NCBI GenBank assembly: GCA_963674945.2
Contig: CAXXWQ010000004.1
Span: forward strand, 2,272,001-2,336,000
DNA: 64,000 bases
From: an uncultured Desulfosarcina sp.
GTDB lineage: Bacteria > Desulfobacterota > Desulfobacteria > Desulfobacterales > Desulfosarcinaceae
Direction: 5' to 3'
The notes below the pieces were generated by a model. The model was not told the DNA's origin. It saw only the letters and a list, made by a program, of their open reading frames with translations, and made no database searches. The stretch's first letter is position 1, and each line of letters opens with the position of its first letter. Shown in pieces: positions 48,787 to 60,025 of the stretch. Made by a program: the position numbers and the translations under genes.

Positions 48787-49467
48787 ATGATCGACGCCAG
48801 CCTATTAGAAGAATCGGATACCAAAACCCGCATTTTAAACGTCGCGGAGGCGTTGTTCGCAAAACGAGGTTTTAAGCAGACATCCATCAGCCTCCTGGCC
48901 AAAATGGCGTCGGTCAACCAGGCGGCGGTCAACTACCATTTCGGATCCAAGGACGCCTTGATCGAAAAGGTGGTCAAACGCCGATTGTCCCAGATCCATG
49001 ACTTGCGAATGAAAAACCTGACCGAAGTGCAGCGGGAGGCCCGGAAAAGGGGAACCATACCCGACCTGGAAGCGCTGATTCGCGCCTTTATCGAGCCGAC
49101 CTTGCGGTTTCGGGAAGACAAGACGGGTGCAGACAATTTAATGATGATCGCGGGACGTGCCGTCTCGGAACTGGACATGACCGTCCAGAAAATCTTCGAT
49201 GAAAATTTTAAACCCGGTTTCCTGCTTTTTTCGCAATTGATGGGAGAGGTCTTTCCGGATATGCCGAAAGCGGAACTGCGCTGGCGTATCTATTTCATCT
49301 TCGGAATATTGTCCCAGGTCATGCAGTTATTCGCAAGAATTGCACCGGTCCCTGACTACTTTCCTTCCGAGGAAAATCCCGATACCCTGATCCGGCGAAT
49401 GATCGCTTTTATGGCGTCAGGCGTGAACGCCCCCTGCCCAGAGGGTGGGAAGGGGAAAGATGGGTGA
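48787..49467 (+). CDS. TetR/AcrR-family regulator
   Basis: TRILNVAEALFAKRGF...VNYHFGSKD HTH. Confidence 0.92.
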   Translation: MIDASLLEESDTKTRILNVAEALFAKRGFKQTSISLLAKMASVNQAAVNYHFGSKDALIEKVVKRRLSQIHDLRMKNLTEVQREARKRGTIPDLEALIRAFIEPTLRFREDKTGADNLMMIAGRAVSELDMTVQKIFDENFKPGFLLFSQLMGEVFPDMPKAELRWRIYFIFGILSQVMQLFARIAPVPDYFPSEENPDTLIRRMIAFMASGVNAPCPEGGKGKDG

Positions 49468-49529
49468 TGGTTGCGGCAGTTGCCCTCCGAAGATACAAAA
49501 GGAAGGCAGCCGCCTCATGAAACCAGTGT

Positions 49530-49604
49530 TTGATGAACTCGTAAAAAGTCACTGATCAGACGGATCCGTAAAAAGCCAGAGATCAAGGATTGCGAATCCG
49601 TCAA
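49530..49604. repeat. Compound short palindromic element sharing termini with family A
   Basis: TTGATGAACTCGTAAAAAGTC, GACGGATCCGTAAAAAGCC, TTGCGAATCCGTCAA. Confidence 0.65.
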
Positions 49605-49610
49605 TATTTA

Positions 49611-50015
49611 TCAATCCCGCTGGCACAGCTCCACCAGGACGCCGTTGGTAGCCTTGGGATGCAAGAAGGCGATCTTGGCGCCACCCGCACCGATACGGGG
49701 CGTCTGATCGATGAGTTTCACACCCTTTTCCTTCAGTTCGGCCAACGCCTCCTCGATGTTTTCCACGCGAAAGGCCACGTGTTGGATTCCCTGGCCCTTC
49801 TTCTCGATATATTTGGCAACCGGACCATCGGGAGCCGTGGATTCCAGAAGTTCCACCTCGCTTTCGCCCACGGGGAAAAACGCCGTGGTGACCTTTTGTT
49901 CGGAAACGGTTTCCGCGCCTTCAAATTCAAGTCCCAGGACATCGGACCAGAATCCTTTCCCCTCTTCGATGCTGTTTACTGCAATGCCCAGATGGTCGAT
50001 CTTCAATACTTTCAT
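49611..50015 (-). CDS. mce: Methylmalonyl-CoA epimerase
   Basis: IDHLGIAV, VELLE, GIQHVAFRV, AFLHPKATNGVLVEL; AAGGAGG RBS. Confidence 0.94.
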   Translation of the reverse strand: MKVLKIDHLGIAVNSIEEGKGFWSDVLGLEFEGAETVSEQKVTTAFFPVGESEVELLESTAPDGPVAKYIEKKGQGIQHVAFRVENIEEALAELKEKGVKLIDQTPRIGAGGAKIAFLHPKATNGVLVELCQRD

Positions 50016-50073
50016 CCTGTGTGCCTCCTTTTCCACCTGTTTGGATAATAGAAATTCTCTTTGATTGTTATCA

Positions 50074-51255
50074 TCACTTGAATTTTGCCATGACCTTCTG
50101 AAACGCAGGCATCGCGTCGACGATGGTTTGATCATCCACGCAAAACGAGATCCGAAAATGACCCGGTCCGGAAAATGCGCACCCGGGTACAACCAGCACC
50201 GACTCCTCCTGCAACGCCTCCACGAAGGCCACGTCATCGGCAATGGGGGTGCGGGGAAAGACGAAAAAGGTTCCCTGGGGCAATGTGAAATCGTAGCCGG
50301 CATCGGTAAGACCTTCACACAAAAGGTCTCTTTTCCGTTGAACATCGCCCACATCCACACTCACACCCTGCAGAAAGGCAACCACCCGTTGCATCAACGA
50401 TGGTGCATTGACGAATCCCAAAATCCGATTGGCCATGGCCATACCGGCCATGATCATCTCTTTGTGGACGGCGGCAGGATTCACTGCGGCGAAACCGATA
50501 CGCTCACCGGCAATGGCAATATCCCTGGAGTAAGAGGTGGCAATGATGGAATCGTCGTAGCATTGGAAGACGGACGGAACCCGCACATCGTCGAAGACAA
50601 TTTTTCGAAAGGGCTCATGGGAAACCAGGTAGATGGTTCGACCGAATTGGCGGCTCTTTTCCTTCATTAGACGCCCAAGCCCATCCATGGTGGCCATGTC
50701 GTAAATCCGGCCGGTGGGATTGTTGGGGGAGTTGATCAGCACGATCTTGGTTTTATCGCCGATGGCGCCTGCCAGTGTGGAAAGATCGAGGGAAAAATCC
50801 GGTTTCGTCCCCACCGATTTTATTACACCACCATGATTTTCCGCATAAAAGCCGTAGGCCAGCGAACTCGGCCTGACGGTCAACACCTGGTCTCCGGGGT
50901 CCAGCAGCGCCTTGAATATCACATTCAAGGCCCCGGCCGACCCGCATGTCATGATGATTTCGCTGCAGGAGACCTGAGTCTTTTGTTCTGTGGCCAGATA
51001 TTCAGCGATGGCATCGCAAACCTGCGGATACCCCACCTGGGGCATGTAGCAATGGTCCCCGAGCCCACAGGAATCCACGGTATCGCGAAGCGTCTCACCG
51101 AATTGTTCCGGCGGCGAAAGGTTGGGACTTTCCAGGGTGAAATCGAAGACCTCGTCGATTCCGTGCTTCCCATCGAGCCGTGCGTCCTCTTCGAAAATGT
51201 CATGAATCCATGACGCATTGGCCATGATGTCGTTGATTTTTCTGGCGACGGTCAT
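50074..51255 (-). CDS. Class I/II aminotransferase homolog with substituted PLP-binding residues
   Basis: INSPNNPTG, GERIG, HFRISF retained; SYSRD instead of SYSKD and SHEPF instead of SDEPY. Confidence 0.85.
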   Translation of the reverse strand: MTVARKINDIMANASWIHDIFEEDARLDGKHGIDEVFDFTLESPNLSPPEQFGETLRDTVDSCGLGDHCYMPQVGYPQVCDAIAEYLATEQKTQVSCSEIIMTCGSAGALNVIFKALLDPGDQVLTVRPSSLAYGFYAENHGGVIKSVGTKPDFSLDLSTLAGAIGDKTKIVLINSPNNPTGRIYDMATMDGLGRLMKEKSRQFGRTIYLVSHEPFRKIVFDDVRVPSVFQCYDDSIIATSYSRDIAIAGERIGFAAVNPAAVHKEMIMAGMAMANRILGFVNAPSLMQRVVAFLQGVSVDVGDVQRKRDLLCEGLTDAGYDFTLPQGTFFVFPRTPIADDVAFVEALQEESVLVVPGCAFSGPGHFRISFCVDDQTIVDAMPAFQKVMAKFK

Positions 51256-51406
51256 CGTCTTGGCCTCCTGGTAACGTCGGGCTCTGGTGACGTCGGACAT
51301 TGGTTAACGAAATACCCTTTTTAGGGAGATCTCATAGAAAATTCAAGGAATAATTTCGCCCTACGCAAAAGCCACATCTCAATGTGCTGAATCACATACG
51401 TAAATT

Positions 51407-51555
51407 ATTACATATTTGTAATCAGTGACGTGGCATTCTATCCCACGGTCCGCCCATTATCATATGGCACCTCGTAATCCGGGGCGCAAATGGGGTGCAG
51501 AGAAATATAAATTACGTTAATGTAATTTGTTATAAAAATATTTCAATTTTGTACT
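51407..51555. promoter_or_regulatory. Three ATTACA-N4-TGTAAT-like palindromes plus an NtrC-box-like site upstream of glnK
   Basis: Sites at 51407-51422, 51511-51526, 51540-51555; GGCGCA-N5-GGTGCA at 51483-51499. Confidence 0.55.
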
Positions 51556-51662
51556 TATATCCATGGCCAAAACACAAGAATGTCTTCAAGTTGAGCAAAC
51601 GAATATACGGCTAAATTTTATAATCCAATGATACCAACAACATAAATGGTTTTATGTGACAA

Positions 51663-51677
51663 TGGCACAAGCGTTGC
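51663..51677 (+). promoter_or_regulatory. Sigma54 promoter of glnK-amtB
   Basis: TGGCAC-AAGCG-TTGC, full consensus. Confidence 0.85.
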
Positions 51678-51680
51678 TAA

Positions 51681-52088
<408 letters not shown>

Positions 52089-52141
52089 TCCATCAGCAAA
52101 CCTTTATCACTCTATTATAATAAACGGTAAGGAGAAAAAAA

Positions 52142-53551
52142 ATGAGAATGAAAGCAATTGCCCTGCTGATACTGGCCGCCCTGATTGGTGTTCCCGCTGC
52201 ACTGGCAGCAGATACCGAAGCCCCAACGGTAATGACGAACAAGGAGGCCATCGATCTGGTCCAGACCCATGCCAACTACCTGTGGACCCTCATAGCAGCA
52301 GCCCTGGTCTTTTTCATGCAGGCCGGTTTCGCCATGGTCGAGGCCGGTTTCACACGGGCGAAAAATTCCATTAACATCATGATGAAAAACCTCATGGACT
52401 TTTCCATCGGCTCCATCGGCTATTGGGCCATCGGTTTCGGCCTCATGTTTGGTGCCACCTCCACCGGATGGTTCGGAACCAGTGGTTTCTTCCTCAGTGA
52501 TTGGACGCCAGATGGTGACCCCTGGGTGCTGGCCTTCTGGATGTTTCAGGTGGTTTTCGCCGCCACCGCCGCCACCATCGTTTCCGGCGCCATGGCCGAG
52601 CGTACCAAGTTTACCGGATACATCATCTACAGCTGTATTGTATCCGCATTGATTTATCCCATCTTCGGTTCCTGGGCATGGGGAAGCCTTCTTAACGGCA
52701 GCGGATGGCTGGAAAAATTCGGTTTCATCGACTTTGCCGGCTCCACCGTCGTCCACTCGGTGGGCGGCTGGGCCGCCCTGGCCGGCGCCATTGTGCTGGG
52801 CCCCCGTATCGGCAAATATACCAAGGACGGCAAGATCAAACCCATCATGGGCCACAATATCCCCCTTGCCGCTCTCGGCGTCTTCATCCTGTGGCTGGGT
52901 TGGTTCGGATTCAACCCCGGTTCCACCACCACGGCGGATACCAGTATCGCCATGATCTTCGTCAACACCAATCTGGCTGCCGCGGCAGGTGCATGTTTGG
53001 CAATGATCGTCTCCTGGATCAAGTTCGGCAAGCCGGAAGTGGGCATGAGCCTCAACGGTGCCCTGGCGGGCCTGGTGGGCATCACGGCGGGCTGCGCCAA
53101 CGTGAGTCCGTCCAGCGCCATCATGATCGGTGCCATCGCGGGTATCATCGTGGTCTTCTCGGTACTGTTCTTCGATAAAATCAAGGTGGATGATCCGGTC
53201 GGCGCCATTTCCGTTCACGGCGTCTGCGGTGCCTGGGGCACCTTGGGTGCCGGCCTTTTCAACATCAGTGGCACATCCGCAAAGATCATTGGTGTACAGC
53301 TCTTGGGTATCTCTGCCTGTTTTCTATGGACCTTCCCGATGGCGTTCATCATGTTTAAACTTATCGATAAAACCATCGGCCTGCGCGTATCGCCGGAAGA
53401 AGAGCTGGAAGGACTGGATCACACCGAACATGGCGGTATCGCCTACCCCGACTTCGGCGTCTCCACCCACGGCGGCATTTCCTCGATCTCCGGGACATCT
53501 GCGGCAGCGGCCAGTTATGCGGCCTCGTCGGAGCCCGTAACCCAGTCGTAG
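52142..53551 (+). CDS. amtB: Ammonium transporter
   Basis: FMQAGFAMVEAG, DFAGSTVVH, GWFGFNPG, DDPVGAISVHG. Confidence 0.96.
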   Translation: MRMKAIALLILAALIGVPAALAADTEAPTVMTNKEAIDLVQTHANYLWTLIAAALVFFMQAGFAMVEAGFTRAKNSINIMMKNLMDFSIGSIGYWAIGFGLMFGATSTGWFGTSGFFLSDWTPDGDPWVLAFWMFQVVFAATAATIVSGAMAERTKFTGYIIYSCIVSALIYPIFGSWAWGSLLNGSGWLEKFGFIDFAGSTVVHSVGGWAALAGAIVLGPRIGKYTKDGKIKPIMGHNIPLAALGVFILWLGWFGFNPGSTTTADTSIAMIFVNTNLAAAAGACLAMIVSWIKFGKPEVGMSLNGALAGLVGITAGCANVSPSSAIMIGAIAGIIVVFSVLFFDKIKVDDPVGAISVHGVCGAWGTLGAGLFNISGTSAKIIGVQLLGISACFLWTFPMAFIMFKLIDKTIGLRVSPEEELEGLDHTEHGGIAYPDFGVSTHGGISSISGTSAAAASYAASSEPVTQS

Positions 53552-53612
53552 CCAAGAGTGGATTGGTAAAACCATAACGAATCACCCACCACCCAACTCC
53601 TCCTCCCCCATG

Positions 53613-53668
53613 GAATGCACCCTGGGACGGTTTCTCCCACCGCCTCGGGGTGCATTCTTTTTCTTTTC
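53613..53668 (+). terminator. Terminator after amtB
   Basis: GAATGCACCC...GGGTGCATTC stem followed by TTTTTCTTTT. Confidence 0.75.
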
Positions 53669-53729
53669 CAAGCCACCCGCTTTGCGGGTGACCGTTGACG
53701 CAGAGGCAAATCTCGTTTCCGCACTAACA

Positions 53730-53776
53730 ATTTCAAAAATGTAATTTTATGGACGAAAAAATTACATTTTTGAAAT
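53730..53776. promoter_or_regulatory. Perfect 19-bp inverted repeat (two ATTWCA-N4-TGWAAT sites) upstream of glnD
   Basis: ATTTCAAAAATGTAATTTT-N9-AAAATTACATTTTTGAAAT. Confidence 0.65.
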
Positions 53777-53854
53777 AGGCATTTGATTTTCGAAGAGAAC
53801 ACATATATTTATATATACTTGATATCTCTATATATTTTTTCAATTCATCGTTTA

Positions 53855-53869
53855 TGGCACGTGGGTTGC
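53855..53869 (+). promoter_or_regulatory. Sigma54 promoter of the glnD operon
   Basis: TGGCAC-GTGGG-TTGC. Confidence 0.85.
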
Positions 53870-53913
53870 TTTACCTTATCCACATTCACTCACCATAAAA
53901 GTCACGTTAAAAC

Positions 53914-56574
53914 ATGGATACGATGGAAACCACCCGCGACAACAAATATGCAGATGCCTCCAAGGCGCTGGCCCATGGGCGGCAGTGCCTCATCGAGGAC
54001 CTGGTTGCGGGAAAGACAGCCGGTTTTCTCGAAAATCACGCTCGGCTCATCGATGATTATTTTCGCCAAAGTTATGAAAAAAGTGTCGTCGGGCCGAAAA
54101 TGGATATCGCCAAAAATCCCTATGCCGTGGTGGCGCTGGGTGGATACGGCCGGGCGGAGCAATGTGTCTACTCCGACGTGGACCTGTTGTTCCTGTTCGA
54201 AAAACGGGTCCCCCAGGTGGCCGAAGATCTGGTCCGGGAGATCATCTACCCCTTATGGGACATGGGACTTGACGTGGGCCACGCCACACGTTCCATAAAA
54301 GAGTGCGTCTCCATGGCCCGGCAGGACTATGAAGTACTTACGTCGATCTTGGATGCCCGTTTCATCTGCGGCATGTCTCCGCTGTTCATGAAGCTCATGG
54401 ACACGATCCGTTCCAAGTTCATCAATCTCAAACCCGATGCCATCATTTCCTGGCTGGTGGACACCAATCGCGAGCGACATCGGCGGTTCGGCGACTCCTC
54501 CTACCTGCTCGAGCCCAATTTCAAAGAGGGGCAAGGGGGGCTTCGTGACTATCATACCATGTTGTGGATCGCCAAAATCCGCTCCGGCATCAAAGAGCGA
54601 AGGGACCTGGAGTATTACGGCTATTTTTCCCACGACGACTACCTTCGTTTGTCCGATGCATTGGATTTCATATGGAACATTCGAAATCGATTCCACCTTA
54701 TGACCAATCGGAAAAGTGATCGAATCCATCTGGAGCAACAGCGAAAGCTGGCCGAAGTGATGGACGTACCGCCGGTGAACGGCCACCTTCCCGTGGAACA
54801 ACTCCTGGGCGAACTCCACGGCCACATGGAATATGTCAAGCAGCAACACGAAATATTTCTGTTCGAGTTGGAACAGAGAAAGCGGCTCAAACGAAAGAAC
54901 AAGGGCCTGAAGACCTCCCAGGTCAAGGGGCTGAAGTTCAATCGGGGCATGCTGAACTTTACGTCACCGGAAATGATTCTCAACAATCCGCGCCTGCTCA
55001 TGGATATCTTCGCCGAAAGCGCCGCCCAAAAAGCACCTTTGAGCAGTGAAGCCATGCGTCTGGTAAAGGATTTCAATCATTTGGTAAATGCGCGTTTCAG
55101 AAGCGATGCCGAAGTGGTGAGACAATTTGAGCGAATCCTCATCCGATCGTCGCGTGCCTTCGATGTACTCAACCAGATGCTCAATACCGAGTTTTTGGAA
55201 CGCTTCATTCCCGAATTTGCTGCCGTGATCAACCGGATTCAGTTCGATCAGTATCACCTCTACCCCGTTGCCCGACATCTGCTCTATTGCATCAAGACCA
55301 TCAAGGGATTCGAAAACGAGGAGAGCGCCGAAACAGACCAACTCGCGCATCGATTGTACAAAGAGGTGAAGAAAAAGAAAGTACTTTTATGGGCCACCCT
55401 GCTGCACGATATCGGCAAGGGAGAGCCCACCGCCGGCCATTCCGAGCGCGGCGCCGCCATGGCGGAAAAGATACTGCTGGAAAAAGGCGCCGGCGCGGCC
55501 GATGCCAAGGCCGTCGCCTTTCTTGTCGAGCACCATCTGTTATTGGTCCAGACCGCCACAAGAAGGGACATCAACGACGAAGAGACCGCCATCGCCATGG
55601 CCCGCATCATCAAGAAGGCCGATCAGTTGAAGATGCTCTACCTTTTGACCGTGGCGGATTCTATGGCCACCGGCCCCAAGGCTTGGAACGACTGGACATC
55701 GTCCCTTTTGAAGAACCTTTTTTTCAAAGTGCTCAATGTACTCGATAGCGGCGAGTTGGCCACAGGCCGTGCCGTAAAGACCATCGACAAGAAAAAAGAT
55801 GCCGTGATCGACGCCATGGCATCGGAGATGCCAACGGATCGGCTGGAGATGCTCTTGCAGTTCATGTCCCCACGGTATATGCTTTATACACCGGCGACCG
55901 TCATCCCCCAGCACGTCCGACTTTTCAACCGTCTCGGCGACCGTCCTTTCGTATGGCAGATCGACCAGTCATTGGATTCCAACACCCGCACCGTCACCAT
56001 CTGCGGAAAGGATCGACCGGGGTTGATCTCCAATATTGCCGGCGTTTTTACCATGAACAACATCGACATCCTGGATGTCCAGATTTTTACCTGGCGCAAC
56101 AATATCGCATTGGACGTTTTCGAGGTTACCCCTCCCCCCGATCCCATCTTCGAGGATGAACGATGGCAGCGGGCGAGCCGAAATCTCGAGGATGCCCTGG
56201 GAGGACGGCTGGATCTGAGCGCGGAACTGATCCGGAAGGAAAAAGATGCTTCTCCCATCCAGCCGTATACGGCCCAGCGCCCCACCGTAATTTCCATAGA
56301 CAACGAAACCTCCAGCTTCTTTACCATCGTGGAGGTCGTAACCTTTGACTTTCCCGGACTCTTGTTTCGGGTAACCGACGTGCTGTTCAAAAGCGGCCTG
56401 GACATCTGGGTCGCCAAAATTGCCACCAAGGTGGATCAGGTGGTGGATGTATTTTATGTGAGGGATTTCGATGGCCAGAAGGTGGACGCACCGAAGCAGG
56501 TAGAGGCCATCAAGAAAGCCATTGCGGAAATTCTCCCGGGTGAAGATCCCATACATGGCCTAAGCCCGCTGTAA
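53914..56574 (+). CDS. glnD: [Protein-PII] uridylyltransferase
   Basis: ALGGYGR, SDVDLL, KEGQGGLRD, HD domain LLHDIGKG, two ACT domains; start at 53914 or 53923. Confidence 0.96.
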   Translation: MDTMETTRDNKYADASKALAHGRQCLIEDLVAGKTAGFLENHARLIDDYFRQSYEKSVVGPKMDIAKNPYAVVALGGYGRAEQCVYSDVDLLFLFEKRVPQVAEDLVREIIYPLWDMGLDVGHATRSIKECVSMARQDYEVLTSILDARFICGMSPLFMKLMDTIRSKFINLKPDAIISWLVDTNRERHRRFGDSSYLLEPNFKEGQGGLRDYHTMLWIAKIRSGIKERRDLEYYGYFSHDDYLRLSDALDFIWNIRNRFHLMTNRKSDRIHLEQQRKLAEVMDVPPVNGHLPVEQLLGELHGHMEYVKQQHEIFLFELEQRKRLKRKNKGLKTSQVKGLKFNRGMLNFTSPEMILNNPRLLMDIFAESAAQKAPLSSEAMRLVKDFNHLVNARFRSDAEVVRQFERILIRSSRAFDVLNQMLNTEFLERFIPEFAAVINRIQFDQYHLYPVARHLLYCIKTIKGFENEESAETDQLAHRLYKEVKKKKVLLWATLLHDIGKGEPTAGHSERGAAMAEKILLEKGAGAADAKAVAFLVEHHLLLVQTATRRDINDEETAIAMARIIKKADQLKMLYLLTVADSMATGPKAWNDWTSSLLKNLFFKVLNVLDSGELATGRAVKTIDKKKDAVIDAMASEMPTDRLEMLLQFMSPRYMLYTPATVIPQHVRLFNRLGDRPFVWQIDQSLDSNTRTVTICGKDRPGLISNIAGVFTMNNIDILDVQIFTWRNNIALDVFEVTPPPDPIFEDERWQRASRNLEDALGGRLDLSAELIRKEKDASPIQPYTAQRPTVISIDNETSSFFTIVEVVTFDFPGLLFRVTDVLFKSGLDIWVAKIATKVDQVVDVFYVRDFDGQKVDAPKQVEAIKKAIAEILPGEDPIHGLSPL

Positions 56575-56623
56575 CCGACAACAGGAAAGACCAGTAAAAA
56601 AAACACCAGCAGAGGGGGAGAAG

Positions 56624-57913
56624 ATGAAATTGAAATATCTGTGGTTGACGTTGCTTTTGGGATGTATTGCGACGCCGGCGTTTGCCGAAGATGTGCTAAA
56701 CACCGGCGACACGGCCTGGATGATCGTATCCACGGCACTGGTGATGATGATGACGCCGGCCGGGCTGGCCCTTTTTTACGGTGGCATGTCACGATATAAG
56801 AACCTTTTGAATACCCTGGCCATGACATTCGTCTCCTATTGTCTGGCAAGCATCATCTGGATGATGTGGGGATATACGCTGGCATTCGGATCGAGCAAGG
56901 GTGGCATCATCGGCGGTTTCGAACATTTCTTTCTGTCCGGAATCGGCGTGGAAAGCCTCTCCGGCTCCATTCCCACCTATGTGTTCGCCCTTTTTCAGAT
57001 GACATTCGCCGGCATCACCGTGGCGCTCGTACTCGGATCCATCGTGGATCGAATGAAATTCTCCTCCTGGATCGTCTTCACCATTTTGTGGGTCACGTTC
57101 ATCTACTGTCCCATCGCCCACTGGGTGTGGGGCGGGGGCTGGATGGGCGAGATGGGCGCATTGGATTTCGCCGGCGGAAACGTGGTCCACATCAACGCCG
57201 GTGTGGCCGGCCTCGTGCTCTCGCTGGTCCTGGGAAAACGACTCGGTTACGGCAAGGAGGCCATGTTTCCCTCGTCCATCACCCTGTGCGCATTGGGAGC
57301 GGCACTGTTGTGGTTCGGCTGGTTCGGGTTCAACGCCGGAAGCGAATTGGCCGCAGACGGCGTCGCTGCATCGGCTTTTCTCGTAACCAATACCTCCGCC
57401 GCAACCGCGGCCATGACCTGGATGTTTCTCGAGTGGATCATGACCGGCAAACCCACCGTTTTGGGCATCGCCTCCGGTATCGTCGCCGGCCTGGTGTCCA
57501 TCACGCCGGCCGCCGGCTTCGTCAATATGCCCGCATCTTTGATCATCGGCCTGGGCGCTGGTGCGCTGGGATACTTTTTCGTCGCAGTGGTCAAGCAAAA
57601 GGTGGGATACGATGACTCCCTGGATGCTTTCGGCGTCCACGGTATGTGCGGCATCTGGGGGGCGCTTGCCACCGGGCTCTTCGCCAATCCTGCCATCACC
57701 GAAGGTGCGGCCGGACTCTTTTACGGAAACCCGGGCCAGTTATGGATCCAGTTTATCTCCATCATCGCCACCGCTGCCTTTACCGCCGTCGGCACGCTCA
57801 TCGTGATCTTCGTTACCAAGATATTGACCGGTGGCATTCGTATCGAACGCGAGGATGAAATCCAGGGATTGGACAATACCTTTCACGGCGAACGTGGTTT
57901 TGAAGTGATGTAA
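56624..57913 (+). CDS. amtB: Ammonium transporter (second, divergent paralog)
   Basis: GDTAW, GLALFYGG, DFAGGNVVH, YDDSLDAFGVHG. Confidence 0.96.
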   Translation: MKLKYLWLTLLLGCIATPAFAEDVLNTGDTAWMIVSTALVMMMTPAGLALFYGGMSRYKNLLNTLAMTFVSYCLASIIWMMWGYTLAFGSSKGGIIGGFEHFFLSGIGVESLSGSIPTYVFALFQMTFAGITVALVLGSIVDRMKFSSWIVFTILWVTFIYCPIAHWVWGGGWMGEMGALDFAGGNVVHINAGVAGLVLSLVLGKRLGYGKEAMFPSSITLCALGAALLWFGWFGFNAGSELAADGVAASAFLVTNTSAATAAMTWMFLEWIMTGKPTVLGIASGIVAGLVSITPAAGFVNMPASLIIGLGAGALGYFFVAVVKQKVGYDDSLDAFGVHGMCGIWGALATGLFANPAITEGAAGLFYGNPGQLWIQFISIIATAAFTAVGTLIVIFVTKILTGGIRIEREDEIQGLDNTFHGERGFEVM

Positions 57914-57963
57914 TATCTAACAATTGGGGAGACGACCATCGCTCTCTCGGCCATCAACAATAG

Positions 57964-58314
<351 letters not shown>

Positions 58315-58334
58315 AATCAGGTGAACAGACTGAA

Positions 58335-58412
58335 GGTGTTTAGGCTGAAGAAGAGAAAAACGATCACTTTGATCGAGCATTCCGTAACCCTTCGGCCTTC
58401 GGTCTAAACACC
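58335..58412. repeat. Inverted repeat between the PII gene and glnA
   Basis: GGTGTTTAGGCTGAAG / CTTCGGTCTAAACACC. Confidence 0.6.
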
Positions 58413-58439
58413 GAATAACTTTATGACATGGAGGAAATT

Positions 58440-59852
58440 ATGACACCGCAACAAGTATTGGCAATGGCAAAAGAAAATGACCTCAAGGTCGTCGACATTC
58501 GATTCATGGACTTTCCGGGCATGTGGCAGCACTTTTCCGTCCCCATCGGAGAACTCGAAGAGGGAAGCTTCGAAGACGGATTCGGATTCGACGGTTCCAG
58601 TATTCGCGGATGGCAGCCCATCAATGCCAGCGACATGCTGGTGATTCCAGATGCCGAAACGGCAAAGATCGATCCCTTCTATAAGATACCGACATTAGTA
58701 CTCATCGGCGACATCGTCGACCCCATCACCCGGGAGGCCTACAGCCGCGACCCGAGAAATATCGCAAAGAAGGCGGAAGCCTACCTGAAAAGCACGGGCA
58801 TCGGCGACACTGCATTTTTCGGACCCGAGGCGGAATTTTTCATCTTCGACGACATCCGCTACGAAAGCCGTCGCAACGGCTCCTTCTACTCCATCGATAG
58901 CGTGGAAGCAACATGGAATACGGGCCGCTGCGAGGAACCCAACCTGGGATACAAGCCTCGCCACAAGGAGGGATACTTCCCCGTTCCCCCGTCGGACAAA
59001 TTCCAGGATCTGCGTTCGGAAATGCTGCTGACGTTGGAAAGCCTCGGCATCGACGTCGAGTGCCAGCACCACGAGGTGGCCACCGCCGGCCAGGCCGAGA
59101 TCGACATGCGCTTCAAGCCGCTGTTACAGATGGCCGACCAGCTTAAGTGGTTCAAGTATGTTCTGAAAAACGTGGCGTACAAAGCCGGCCATACGGTGAC
59201 CTTCATGCCCAAACCTCTGTTCGAAGACAATGGTACGGGCATGCACACCCATATCAGTATCTGGAAGGAAGGCAAACCCCTGTTCGCCGGAGACAAATAC
59301 GCCGGCGTCAGCCAGGAAGCCCTCTATGCCATCGGCGGCATCCTCAAGCACTGCCGTGCCCTGTGCGCCATCACCAACCCCACCACCAACTCCTACAAGC
59401 GACTGGTGCCGGGATTCGAGGCGCCGGTGAATTTGGCATACTCCAGCCGAAACCGCAGCGCGGCAGTCCGTATTCCCATGTACTCCGCATCGCCCAAGGC
59501 CAAACGGATCGAGTTCCGTACGCCGGATCCATCCTGCAACGGCTACCTGGCATTTTCCGCCATGCTCATGGCGGTCATCGACGGCATCCAGAACAAGATC
59601 GACCCAGGCGACCCGCTGGACAAGAACATCTACGACCTGCCGCCCGAAGAGTTGGCCGATATCCCCTCTGCGCCGGGTGCCCTGGACGAAGCCCTGGCCG
59701 CCCTGGCCGAAGACAATGAGTTCCTTCTCAAGGGAGACGTCTTCACAAAGGACGCCATCGACATGTGGATCGAGTACAAAACCAAAAACGAAGTCAACCC
59801 GGTGAAACTGCGTCCCCATCCCCATGAGTTTCACCTGTACTATGATATTTAG
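58440..59852 (+). CDS. glnA: Glutamine synthetase type I
   Basis: [33 protein letters not shown], adenylylation motif KNIYDL; GGAGG before ATG at 58440. Confidence 0.98.
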   Translation: MTPQQVLAMAKENDLKVVDIRFMDFPGMWQHFSVPIGELEEGSFEDGFGFDGSSIRGWQPINASDMLVIPDAETAKIDPFYKIPTLVLIGDIVDPITREAYSRDPRNIAKKAEAYLKSTGIGDTAFFGPEAEFFIFDDIRYESRRNGSFYSIDSVEATWNTGRCEEPNLGYKPRHKEGYFPVPPSDKFQDLRSEMLLTLESLGIDVECQHHEVATAGQAEIDMRFKPLLQMADQLKWFKYVLKNVAYKAGHTVTFMPKPLFEDNGTGMHTHISIWKEGKPLFAGDKYAGVSQEALYAIGGILKHCRALCAITNPTTNSYKRLVPGFEAPVNLAYSSRNRSAAVRIPMYSASPKAKRIEFRTPDPSCNGYLAFSAMLMAVIDGIQNKIDPGDPLDKNIYDLPPEELADIPSAPGALDEALAALAEDNEFLLKGDVFTKDAIDMWIEYKTKNEVNPVKLRPHPHEFHLYYDI

Positions 59853-59976
59853 TATCCAACCGGATATTCAAAATGTTTCTGGAGATACTCATATTGATGT
59901 CTGCTCAGAAATAGAAAACAATTCTGGATAGGCATTACGCTGACCGATTCCTCCTCCCCTTTCGATTCGGTCAAAA

Positions 59977-60017
59977 CCAAACGGCGATCCGTGCACTTTC
60001 GGCGGGTCGCCGTTTGG
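59977..60017. terminator. Probable bidirectional terminator between convergent glnA and lysA
   Basis: CCAAACGGCGATCCG / CGGGTCGCCGTTTGG stem. Confidence 0.75.
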
Positions 60018-60025
60018 TTATTCAG

